DNA of 26,128 nucleotides from Candidatus Aminicenantes bacterium (GCA_037444285.1 JBBIMS010000001.1:1-26128); one strand, 5' to 3'. Shown: positions 1-8,239, counted from the first letter of the stretch. Notes: a model not told the origin generated them from the letters alone. Program-made: numbers and translations.

Positions 1-1469
1 AGATTTTTTAACCTTTCAATCACCTGCAACATCTCTTCTGAAGGACCTCCACCATGATCCCCTACTCCATAGAGAACAAGCATATTTCGAAAACCAGTAT
101 TTGCCTCAAACTGCCTTAACTGGTCAACAATTCTAAAGGGATCTTTGAAATCATAGACATAGGAGAAGGGGAAATAAACAAGAATTCTTGAGCCATCAGG
201 TCCCTCCCACCAGAAAACCTTGTAAGGGAAAACATTTGTGTCGTTCCACGAGATCTTCTGGGTTATAAAGGCGTAAATCCCTGAATTTTGATAAATCTGA
301 GGCATATTCCAGTTATATCCAAAAGAGTCAGGGTTCCAGCCAATTTTAACATCAATCCCAAATGCCTTTTTGAAATAACTTTTTCCGTGGAGGAGATGCC
401 TTACCCATGATTCTCCATTTATCAGGTTGCAATCAGGCTCTATTACCATCCCACCAACAATTTCCCAGTTCCCCTTCTCAACCCATTTTTTAATTTCTTT
501 GAAAGTTTCAGGATAGAGTTCTTCCATCCATTTGTAGTAACAAGATGAACTCTGGGAAAATGTGAAATCGGGATACTTTCTCATTAATCTGAATGCATTT
601 TCAAATGTGTTTTTGCAAACCTCAATTGTTTCAGCTTTCCTCCATAGCCACGCTGCATCAATGTGGGTATTACCGACAAGTTCTATTGTGAACCCCTTTA
701 CAAAATCTGAAACTGGCTTAATTTTTTTAAGAAAATTACTTACAGAGGAAAAGAACCTTTCAATTTCACCTTTTTCAAGGGATGATGTATCTATAATAGA
801 AGATGACTCATCAAGAAGCTTCTGAAGTTTTATTTTCCTTTCCTTCGGTATCTTTGAATTGTCAATTTTCGGATCATATGTGATCCATGCAATCTTCTGA
901 TAGGTATCAAAGCTGAGGATTTTCTTTGCTGTTCTTAAGCTAAGGATGAGATCATCTATTCTTTCAATTATTCCCTTCGCCTCTTCAAGCTCAAGGGATG
1001 CATTCAGAAGCCTTAAAGGACCGCCATAATTTATCCCCTTTACGACAATCAAAAACTCCTCTCCTGCTTTAGCAGATTCTGTAAGGATGTATCTTCCACT
1101 CCATTCAAATCTGCCCATATTTTTACCATTTATCCAGAGCTCTCCTGCATCATCAACAGTTATGTTTAAAAAGATCTTCTTTCCACTGATTCCGAAGCCA
1201 AGATATTTTTCAGGAATCTTTACCTTCCCCCTTAACCAGACATATTCACCTTCAAGATTCTCACCAAATTTGCATGCCTTCCAGCTTGAAAAGTCAGTGA
1301 CCTTAGAAGGATCCTCTATCTTCTCCCTTGTGAAGAGCCAATCCTTTACACTAAAATCCCTTGCTGACTGAATCCTCTCAATAACAGAGTCAACATTCTC
1401 TCCAATTAAAGAAAATTTGAATAATAATGCAAAGAAAATAATGGTTAGCTTTTTACTTAATGATTTCAT
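1..1469 (-). CDS. GH38 alpha-mannosidase with signal peptide and N-terminal beta-sandwich sugar-binding-like domain (3' end runs off the window)
   Basis: Manually translated: ATG at 1469 with SD AGGAGG at 1475-1480, open to the window edge. Starts MKSLSKKLTIIFFALLFKFSLIG. GH38 motifs GNTHIDAAWLW (Zn His/Asp), WEIVGGMVIEPDCNLINGESWVRH, GWNPDSFG (nucleophile Asp), FWWEGPDGS, YGVGDHGGGP. Confidence 0.93.
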   Translation of the reverse strand, partial: MKSLSKKLTIIFFALLFKFSLIGENVDSVIERIQSARDFSVKDWLFTREKIEDPSKVTDFSSWKACKFGENLEGEYVWLRGKVKIPEKYLGFGISGKKIFLNITVDDAGELWINGKNMGRFEWSGRYILTESAKAGEEFLIVVKGINYGGPLRLLNASLELEEAKGIIERIDDLILSLRTAKKILSFDTYQKIAWITYDPKIDNSKIPKERKIKLQKLLDESSSIIDTSSLEKGEIERFFSSVSNFLKKIKPVSDFVKGFTIELVGNTHIDAAWLWRKAETIEVCKNTFENAFRLMRKYPDFTFSQSSSCYYKWMEELYPETFKEIKKWVEKGNWEIVGGMVIEPDCNLINGESWVRHLLHGKSYFKKAFGIDVKIGWNPDSFGYNWNMPQIYQNSGIYAFITQKISWNDTNVFPYKVFWWEGPDGSRILVYFPFSYVYDFKDPFRIVDQLRQFEANTGFRNMLVLYGVGDHGGGPSEEMLQVIERLKN

Positions 1470-1490
1470 TCCGTCCTCCTTTTCATCATT

Positions 1491-1509
1491 TCTCTTAAAT
1501 TTTAAGAGA
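1491..1509. repeat. Perfect 9-1-9 palindrome TCTCTTAAA-T-TTTAAGAGA, candidate operator
   Basis: Read directly from the sequence; covers the predicted -10 element and start site of the GH38 promoter. Confidence 0.6.
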
Positions 1510-1527
1510 GGATATTATTTTTGTCAA
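1499..1527 (-). promoter_or_regulatory. Sigma70-type promoter for the GH38 gene
   Basis: Minus strand TTGACA (1527-1522), 17-nt spacer, TAAAAT (1504-1499). Confidence 0.75.
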
Positions 1528-1563
1528 AGCCTCTGATTTAGATGATTAAAAAAGATTTCAAAC

Positions 1564-2090
1564 CTAATTTTTTATCTCAAGGGCTCCGAAGACAACATCG
1601 GCATCGACTATGAGATGGTTCTCCTCCTTCTTGAAATCCTTTGTCCTGTAAATATATCTTCCCATAAATATTGAGTTTCCATCAGGGAACTTTGCTTCAG
1701 CAAAAACAGAGTTAACTACTATCTCAGCGGGAATTTGAGGATTGAGCTTTATAACCCCTGAGCCAAAAACTGTATTGACAGATACACGAACACTCCCCTT
1801 CTCAAGGGATACTCGGGAAAGATCAATCTCACCCCTTCCAAATATTACATCATATTTATCATGGGATTTCCCTTCCACCTCTCTTTCTTCAAAAACTATT
1901 GTTTTAGGAGATTTTTTGTAGCAAATCCCTCCTGAAAGAATACTGATGCCAATGTAAATGAAGAAGAAAGCTATCAGGAGCGGAAAAATGGGATGTTAAT
2001 ATTGAGCAGACTTTTTAGAATTATTGAGATCCCAAGGAGAATAAGAATTGCTCCCCAGAAAACTCCGCTAAAAATAAAACATGTCCTCAT
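1564..2090 (-). pseudogene. LiaF/DUF2154-like cell-wall-stress membrane protein, frameshifted near 1981-1990 (about 175 aa if restored)
   Basis: ATG at 2090 with SD AGGAGG gives MRTCFIFSGVFWGAILILLGISIILKSLLNINIPFFRS* (TGA 1976-1974). The hydrophobic continuation LLIAFFFIYIGISILSGG lies in another frame from 1980 and runs into the tracked ORF (YDVIFGRGEIDLS, VNTVFGSGVIKL, DVVFGALEIK), which shows LiaF-like beta repeats. Confidence 0.75.
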
Positions 2091-2131
2091 TAACCCTCCT
2101 ATTTATTAGAGGGATTTTTTCTTAATCTTCA

Positions 2132-2160
2132 TTTATAAAAAATAGCTAAAATATTGTCAA
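2132..2160 (-). promoter_or_regulatory. Sigma70-type promoter for the LiaF-like gene
   Basis: Minus strand TTGACA (2160-2155), 17-nt spacer, TATAAA (2137-2132). Confidence 0.65.
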
Positions 2161-2183
2161 GGAAATCTGAATTCCAATATTTA

Positions 2184-2211
2184 TTGATTTTTCTTCCAGA
2201 ATAAATAAAAT
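2184..2211 (+). promoter_or_regulatory. Sigma70-type promoter for the glmM operon, probably leaderless
   Basis: TTGATT (2184-2189), 16-nt spacer, TAAAAT (2206-2211); ATG follows after 8 nt with no SD. Confidence 0.55.
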
Positions 2212-2219
2212 TTAAATCT

Positions 2220-3563
2220 ATGCCAAAATATTTCGGAACTGACGGAATAAGAGGAAAACCTGGGGAATTTCCCCTTGATCCATCATCTCTTTACTGGATA
2301 GGATATACTTTAAGTCAGCTTCTGGGAAGTTTCTTTGACGATGTTAGAATCATTATTGGAAGAGACACAAGGGAATCATCCCCTCTCATGGAGAAACCTC
2401 TTTGCACTGGAATAAAAGAAGGAGGGGGAGAACCTATCCTTACAGGTGTGATTCCAACATCCGCCATCTCTTTTTTGATAAGAAAATTTGGGTTCTCAGG
2501 AGGAATATCAATTTCTGCTTCCCACAATCCTTCCCAGGAAAATGGAATAAAGATATTTGACTGGAATGGTGTAAAACTTGAGGAAAGAATAGAAGAGGAA
2601 ATTGAAAATGAAATAATCAAAAAAGAGAGAATCACGGCTAAAATTTTCGATTCCTTTGAGATGGATCATTCATTAAAAAAAGCCTATCTTAATTTTTTAA
2701 AATCTCATATTACCTTTCCTGTTCCAAAAAGATTCCGTGTGGTTATTGACTGTTCCAATGGCTCAGCATCTTCCATAGCCCCTTCTCTTCTGGAGGAAAT
2801 TGGTCTTGATGTAATCCCAATCCATTCAGAACCTGACGGGAAAAATATCAATCTTAACTGTGGTTCTACCAATCCAGATACCTTATCTATGGCTGTGAAG
2901 GAGAACTCTGCTGATTTTGGAGTTGCATACGATGGAGATGCTGACAGAGCAATATGGAGTGATGAAAAGGGAAGGATTCTTGATGGAGACCATACCCTTT
3001 ATCTAATGGGAAAATTTATGAAGGAGAGGGAGGAACTCTCTTCAGATTCCATTGTTGCAACAATCATGAGTAATCTTGGGCTTGAAATTGCTCTGAAGAG
3101 AGAGGGATTAAAACTTGTCCGAACATCAGTTGGAGATAAGAATGTTTACAAGGAGATGGTAAGGATTGGAACAAATCTTGGTGGAGAGCAATCAGGTCAT
3201 ACAATATTTCTCAACTCCCTTCCAACAGGAGATGGTATCATTACAACAATAATGGTTCTAAATTATATCTTTTCCAAAGATAAACCCCTATCTGAGCTGA
3301 GCAAAGGGATAGAGTTATTCCCCCAGATAATAAAAAATGTAAAGGTGAGAGAGAAGATCCCATTTTCTGAAATTCCTGGCTTCTCAAAAGTTATCGAAAA
3401 TGCGAAAAATAAATTGGGAGATGAGGGGAGAATTGTTGTCCGATATTCTGGGACCGAACCAAAAATGAGAATCATGGTGGAGGGAAAAGATGAAAGAGAA
3501 ATAATGGCAATGGCAGAGGAAATCGCTGAAATCGTGGAAAAACATATAGGAGGTCAGGAATGA
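2220..3563 (+). CDS. glmM: Phosphoglucosamine mutase
   Basis: KYFGTDGIRG N-terminus, ISASHNP phosphoserine loop, DGDADR metal loop, GGEQSGH, DGIIT, VVRYSGTEPKMRIMVEG; 447 aa. Confidence 0.96.
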   Translation: MPKYFGTDGIRGKPGEFPLDPSSLYWIGYTLSQLLGSFFDDVRIIIGRDTRESSPLMEKPLCTGIKEGGGEPILTGVIPTSAISFLIRKFGFSGGISISASHNPSQENGIKIFDWNGVKLEERIEEEIENEIIKKERITAKIFDSFEMDHSLKKAYLNFLKSHITFPVPKRFRVVIDCSNGSASSIAPSLLEEIGLDVIPIHSEPDGKNINLNCGSTNPDTLSMAVKENSADFGVAYDGDADRAIWSDEKGRILDGDHTLYLMGKFMKEREELSSDSIVATIMSNLGLEIALKREGLKLVRTSVGDKNVYKEMVRIGTNLGGEQSGHTIFLNSLPTGDGIITTIMVLNYIFSKDKPLSELSKGIELFPQIIKNVKVREKIPFSEIPGFSKVIENAKNKLGDEGRIVVRYSGTEPKMRIMVEGKDEREIMAMAEEIAEIVEKHIGGQE

Positions 3564-4285
3564 AACTATCTGTAAATGTTGATCATTCAGCAACTTTGAG
3601 ACAGGCAAGGAAGGCGTCTGAGCCTGATCCTGTTCAGGTTGCTTTAATGGCAGAGATGGCAGGAGCCTCAGGAATAATAGTTCATTTAAGAGGAGACAGA
3701 AGACATATTCAGGAGAGGGATCTCGAACTTTTGAGAAAAACAATAAAGACAAAACTCAATCTTGAAATGGCTTCAACACAAGAAATGGTAAGAATAGCTC
3801 TCAATTATAAGCCTGATCTCTCCACCCTCGTTCCTGAGAGGGTAGAGGAGATAACAACAGAGGGAGGGCTTGATGTAATTACTCACTTTGATCATTTGAA
3901 AACAGTTGTAAATCTGCTGAAAGCAGGAGAGATAGAGGTATCAATATTTGTCGATCCTGACGAGGAACAGATTAAAGCATGCCACAAACTGGGGGTCTCG
4001 ACAATTGAGATAAACACGGGAAAATATGCTGAAGCAAAACTCAACCAGAGGCAAGAGGAAATTTCAAAGATAGAAAGATGTGCAAAACTTGCTAAGAAAC
4101 TGGGCTTGAAGGTTGCGGCAGGGCATGGCTTAGATTACAGAAACATTGTTCCAATAATAAAGATACCTGAAATTGAGGAATTGAGTATAGGATTCAGCAT
4201 AATGGCAAAGGCTCTATATGTTGGAGTTGAGAAGGCTGTAAAAGAAATGCTTGAGCTTATAAGAACATACAGGCAGACCTTTTGA
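3560..4285 (+). CDS. pdxJ: Pyridoxine 5'-phosphate synthase
   Basis: SVNVDHSATLRQAR, HLRGDRRHIQ, LNLEMA, LVPERVEEITTEGGLDV, VSIFVDPD, AAGHGLDY; ATGA overlap with glmM. Confidence 0.96.
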   Translation: MKLSVNVDHSATLRQARKASEPDPVQVALMAEMAGASGIIVHLRGDRRHIQERDLELLRKTIKTKLNLEMASTQEMVRIALNYKPDLSTLVPERVEEITTEGGLDVITHFDHLKTVVNLLKAGEIEVSIFVDPDEEQIKACHKLGVSTIEINTGKYAEAKLNQRQEEISKIERCAKLAKKLGLKVAAGHGLDYRNIVPIIKIPEIEELSIGFSIMAKALYVGVEKAVKEMLELIRTYRQTF

Positions 4286-5871
4286 GACTTTTTAAATACT
4301 CACTATTATTCTCATTCATTCTAATTTTATTCATAATACTTTACAAACCATTAACTTTTAAACCAATTCCTTCCCTATCAAAAATTCCTGAGCTTATAGG
4401 AGCAATCCATGTTCATTCAAATCTCTCGGATGGAAGATTATCTCCTGAAAAGATTGCAGAATCAGCAAAGAGAAGCGGACTTGATTTTATAATTTTGACA
4501 GACCATGGAAATCCAAATTTGAAAGTTATTGAAAGAGAAGGAGAAGCAAATGGGGTCTCGATCATTTCTGGTTCTGAAATTTCTTTATTTGATGGTTCTT
4601 TGCTTGCTGTTGGGATTAGAAAACCATCCTACAAAATCTCTCCTGTTCCCGATGAAGCCATTGATGACATAGAGGAGCTTGGAGGTGTCTCGATAATTGC
4701 CCATTTAAGGAAGAATGGGAATAAGGATAATATATGGAACTTAACTAAAGTAGATGGAATGGAGATCATTGACCTGGATGACGAGATAAGAGAAAGAGGA
4801 ATTTTTCAGATATTTAAAGCCCTTTTAATATATCCAATCAATTCTCGCTATTCCCTTCTCCCTCTCATTGAAAGACCGGATGCTCAAATAAAAATCTGGG
4901 ATAGGATGCTTGAAATAGGGAAAATTTCAGGCCTTTATGGTCTGAATCTTCACGGAAAGGTATGGATTTTCCCTTTTTCCTACTCAAAAATTTTTAATCT
5001 AATGAGAATACACATACCCCTTGAGGGGAGAAAGCCTGAGAAATTCGAGGAAGTAAAAAAATTAGTTATAAAATCCCTTAAAGAGGGTAATTTCTTCTCA
5101 GCCATTGATGGAGCAGGGGATTCGAGGGGGTTCAGATTTTATTTTTTAGAGAAAGACTCTTCCCTCCACCTCTCACTTCCATTCAAATCAAAATTTGAAG
5201 CTGTTTTATTCAAGGATGGTCTTAAGTTTTTCTCAACAGAGGGAAGAGGACCCATCATAAAAATTAATGAAGATGGAGTTTACAGGGTGGAGGTTTATTT
5301 GAAAGATAGCCCTGTTCTAAAAAGAAATGTTCCCTGGATTCTTTCCAATCCAGTTTTTTTTGGGAAAAGGAAGGAAATCTTTAAAAAGGAAGAGCCAAAA
5401 TGGGAAAGGGTTCAATTCTTTGATCTTAAAAAGCTTGTTCCTGAAAATGATGAAAGCTCTGAAGGAAGAATAACTTTTTCAGAAGGTTCCATTCTGTGGA
5501 ATTACAGGCTTGGATTTTCATCTCCCTCAAGACCCCATGTTTGGTGTGCTCTTGCTCTCAGAGATGAATTTTCCCTTGATGGTTTTAAGGGGATCGGTAT
5601 AGAAGCAATGAGTTTGCCTTCTTCAAGAATTTGGCTTCAGATCAGGGATAGGGAAAAGGGTGAGGAGAGATGGTGGAGTGCATCCTTAAAAGTCAAGGAA
5701 GATTTGGAAGAGAGATTCTTCATCTTTGATGATTTCATACTTACAAAGGGAAAGGGGGGGAAGTTAAACCTTAAAAATTTAGAGAGTCTCTTCCTTATAA
5801 TAGACAAAGGCTCAATGTGGGAAGGGAGCAGAGGAGAAATAAAAATAAAATCAATTTTTGCTATTAAGTAA
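4282..5871 (+). CDS. Membrane-anchored PHP-family (CehA/McbA-like) metallohydrolase with C-terminal CBM11/CIA30-like domain
   Basis: TTG start overlapping the pdxJ stop; N-terminal TM segment; PHP motifs GAIHVHSNLSDG, ILTDHG, IIAH, GLNLHG; GVYRVEV...PWILSNPVF; beta-sandwich-like tail (FSLDGFKGIGIEA, IWLQIRD, FIFDDF, LNLKNLESLFLIID, GEIKIKSI). Confidence 0.75.
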   Translation: MRLFKYSLLFSFILILFIILYKPLTFKPIPSLSKIPELIGAIHVHSNLSDGRLSPEKIAESAKRSGLDFIILTDHGNPNLKVIEREGEANGVSIISGSEISLFDGSLLAVGIRKPSYKISPVPDEAIDDIEELGGVSIIAHLRKNGNKDNIWNLTKVDGMEIIDLDDEIRERGIFQIFKALLIYPINSRYSLLPLIERPDAQIKIWDRMLEIGKISGLYGLNLHGKVWIFPFSYSKIFNLMRIHIPLEGRKPEKFEEVKKLVIKSLKEGNFFSAIDGAGDSRGFRFYFLEKDSSLHLSLPFKSKFEAVLFKDGLKFFSTEGRGPIIKINEDGVYRVEVYLKDSPVLKRNVPWILSNPVFFGKRKEIFKKEEPKWERVQFFDLKKLVPENDESSEGRITFSEGSILWNYRLGFSSPSRPHVWCALALRDEFSLDGFKGIGIEAMSLPSSRIWLQIRDREKGEERWWSASLKVKEDLEERFFIFDDFILTKGKGGKLNLKNLESLFLIIDKGSMWEGSRGEIKIKSIFAIK

Positions 5872-5887
5872 ACCCTGAATTTTCAAT

Positions 5888-5916
5888 TTGGAAGTGATTT
5901 TTTTTCGATATATAAT
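5888..5916 (+). promoter_or_regulatory. Internal sigma70-type promoter upstream of the dipeptide epimerase
   Basis: TTGGAA (5888-5893), 17-nt spacer, TATAAT (5911-5916); SD GGAGG at 5932-5936. Confidence 0.6.
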
Positions 5917-5941
5917 TTTTCATTGAAGTATGGAGGCAAAC

Positions 5942-7072
5942 ATGAAAAGAAGAGAATTTTTTGGTTTTTCAGGATTGATCCTTTCAAGCCCCTTTTTCCC
6001 TTTTGAGAATTTTAAATATATTTCCAATTCTTCATCAGGAAAAACATTGGTGAAAGCTAAGATCTATGAACTCAAGCTCAAGTATGCATGGGGTCTTTCA
6101 AGGGGAACATGGACTGTAAGGAGAAATGTCCTTGTCAAAATAGAAAGGGAAGGAATTGCGGGATTTGGAGAGGCTGCACCCATTGCAAGATACAATGAAA
6201 GTGCAGAATCAGCCCTTTCTTTTATTGAAAAGGCAAAACCAATCCTTGAAAGAAGTTTATGGGAATACTACGACAGATGGAAAGAAATAGATTCTCTATC
6301 TCCTGGAGAGCATGCGGGAAAAGCAGCCCTTGATATGGCAATTCTTGACTGGGTTTGTAAAAAGCTTAATGTTCCTCTTTTTAGATTTTTGGGCTTGAAC
6401 AAAGAAAAAACTCCCCTTACAACATTCTCAATTGGAATAGATGAGGTCGAAATTATGAAAGAAAAGGTGAAGGAAGCTAAGGATTTTCCAATTTACAAAA
6501 TAAAAGTGGGGACAAAGGACGACAAAAAAATAATCGATGGTATAAGGGAAGTTACAGATAAATCCTTGAGGGTTGATGCCAACGAGGGTTGGAAATCAAA
6601 GGAGGAAGCTCTTGAAATGATAAACTGGATGGCTGATAGGGGAGTTGAATTTATTGAGCAACCATTGCCTGCATCAATGCTGGAGGAACAAGCATGGCTT
6701 AAGGAGAGATCAAAAATCCCCATATTTGCTGATGAAAGTCTCATGACATCATCGGATATTCCAAAAATTGCCCAGGCTTTTCACGGAATAAATATAAAAT
6801 TGATGAAGTGCGGAGGAATTCAGGAGGCTTTGAGGATGGTTGCGATGGCTCGAGCTTTCGGTCTAAAAGTAATGCTCGGCTGCATGATCGAGACATCCTG
6901 CGGGATTACCGCAGGAGCTTCAATATCCCCCCTTTTCGATTATGTTGACCTTGATGGAAATCTTTTAATAACCAATGATCCCTTCAAAGGAGTTAAAACT
7001 TTAAAGGGGAAATTAATCCTTTCCGAAAAACCAGGGCTTGGACTGGAAGTCATTGAAAACATATGGGATTGA
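5942..7072 (+). CDS. Dipeptide epimerase (L-Ala-D/L-Glu epimerase family, enolase superfamily) with putative Tat signal
   Basis: Start moved from 5930 to ATG 5942 because GGAGG lies 5 nt upstream. KxK (YKIKVG), metal ligands DANEGW/FIEQP/ADES, NIKLMKCGG, GCMIET, DLDG; N-terminus MKRREFFGFSGLILSS. Confidence 0.92.
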   Translation: MKRREFFGFSGLILSSPFFPFENFKYISNSSSGKTLVKAKIYELKLKYAWGLSRGTWTVRRNVLVKIEREGIAGFGEAAPIARYNESAESALSFIEKAKPILERSLWEYYDRWKEIDSLSPGEHAGKAALDMAILDWVCKKLNVPLFRFLGLNKEKTPLTTFSIGIDEVEIMKEKVKEAKDFPIYKIKVGTKDDKKIIDGIREVTDKSLRVDANEGWKSKEEALEMINWMADRGVEFIEQPLPASMLEEQAWLKERSKIPIFADESLMTSSDIPKIAQAFHGINIKLMKCGGIQEALRMVAMARAFGLKVMLGCMIETSCGITAGASISPLFDYVDLDGNLLITNDPFKGVKTLKGKLILSEKPGLGLEVIENIWD

Positions 7073-7078
7073 TCTTGA

Positions 7079-8239
7079 ATGATAAAAGCCTTAGATGAAG
7101 ATTTCCAGGTGGAGGAGAGGGCTGAAATACCCTTTCAGGAGAATGAAGAATTCGGGGTCTATCTTCTCGAGAAAAGAGGTTGGAACACCCTTGATCTATT
7201 AAAAAAAATATCAAAAATTTTAAAAATTCCTATCTCCTCAATCTCTTATGGGGGTAAGAAGGATAAGCATGGGATAACATTCCAGTTCATAGCAATAAAG
7301 GATAAAAGGGATTTTAGCATAGAGGGGAAAGATTTTTCCTTGAAACTTGTTGGAAGATCGCCAAGACCAATGGGGCCTGATCTCATTGTTTTAAATTCCT
7401 TCAAAATCACATTGAGAAATATAAAAAAACCTGAAAATGTCTTCTCAAATCTTGAAGAAATAAAGAGGTTCGGAGTTCCGAATTTCTTCGATGACCAGAG
7501 ATTCAGAAGTTTCGACCCAAGAAGGGGCTTTTTTGGAGAAAAAATAGTTAAGAAACAGTGGAATGGAGCTCTTCAAGTCTTTTTAACATCTGTTTATCCT
7601 GATATGAAAGGAGAGGAGAAAAGGAGGAGAGAAGAGATTTTTAAGAACTGGAAGGACTGGGATAAATGTCTTGAGCTTGCAGAAGGTGATTTAGAGAAAA
7701 AAATTTTCAAGATTTTAAGGGAAGAGAATAATCCTGCAAAGGCACTCCATCTCATTCCGAAAGAAGAAATCTCCATGCTTTATTCATCCTTTCAATCCCA
7801 CATCTGGAATGAGGTTTTGAGAAAGTTGATAAGGACGAGGGTGAGAGAAATTTTTGAGATAAAAGGTATTGAAGGTCCTTATCTTTTCTGGAAAACTCTT
7901 GATGATGAAACATTCTCATATTTCAAAGATTTAAAATTACCAACACCTTCAGCAAAAATGAGTTTTCATTCCAAATTAATAGAAGATTTATTCGAAGAAG
8001 TTTTTAAAGAGAAGGGAATTAAAAGGAGCAATTTTAGAACATCGGTATTAAGGAAGGTTTATTTCAGGTCATTCGAGAGAAAGGCTCTTGTAATTCCAGA
8101 GGATTTAAAGGTATTAGAAGAAGGGGAGGACGAACTCAATAAAGGGAGAAAAAAGATTAAAATAGAATTCTCCCTTTCAAGGGGGAGTTATGCAACAATT
8201 ATTACAAAAAGGCTGGAGGCAGAATGGAGAAAAGATTGA
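7079..8239 (+). CDS. truD: tRNA pseudouridine(13) synthase TruD
   Basis: EDFQVEE, YGGKKDKHGITFQFI (catalytic Asp), GVPNFFDDQRF, YSSFQSHIWNEVL, EFSLSRGSYATII. Confidence 0.92.
   Translation: MIKALDEDFQVEERAEIPFQENEEFGVYLLEKRGWNTLDLLKKISKILKIPISSISYGGKKDKHGITFQFIAIKDKRDFSIEGKDFSLKLVGRSPRPMGPDLIVLNSFKITLRNIKKPENVFSNLEEIKRFGVPNFFDDQRFRSFDPRRGFFGEKIVKKQWNGALQVFLTSVYPDMKGEEKRRREEIFKNWKDWDKCLELAEGDLEKKIFKILREENNPAKALHLIPKEEISMLYSSFQSHIWNEVLRKLIRTRVREIFEIKGIEGPYLFWKTLDDETFSYFKDLKLPTPSAKMSFHSKLIEDLFEEVFKEKGIKRSNFRTSVLRKVYFRSFERKALVIPEDLKVLEEGEDELNKGRKKIKIEFSLSRGSYATIITKRLEAEWRKD

Noticed and set aside
562-1371. Plus-strand ORFs 562-825 and 1087-1371
   Set aside because: Antisense shadows of the GH38 gene, which has clear family motifs on the minus strand.
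1564-1878. Tracked 104-aa ORF as an independent gene
   Set aside because: Its frame extends upstream through a TM helix to about 1980, and the real SD and ATG are at 2090; it is the 3' part of a frameshifted gene.
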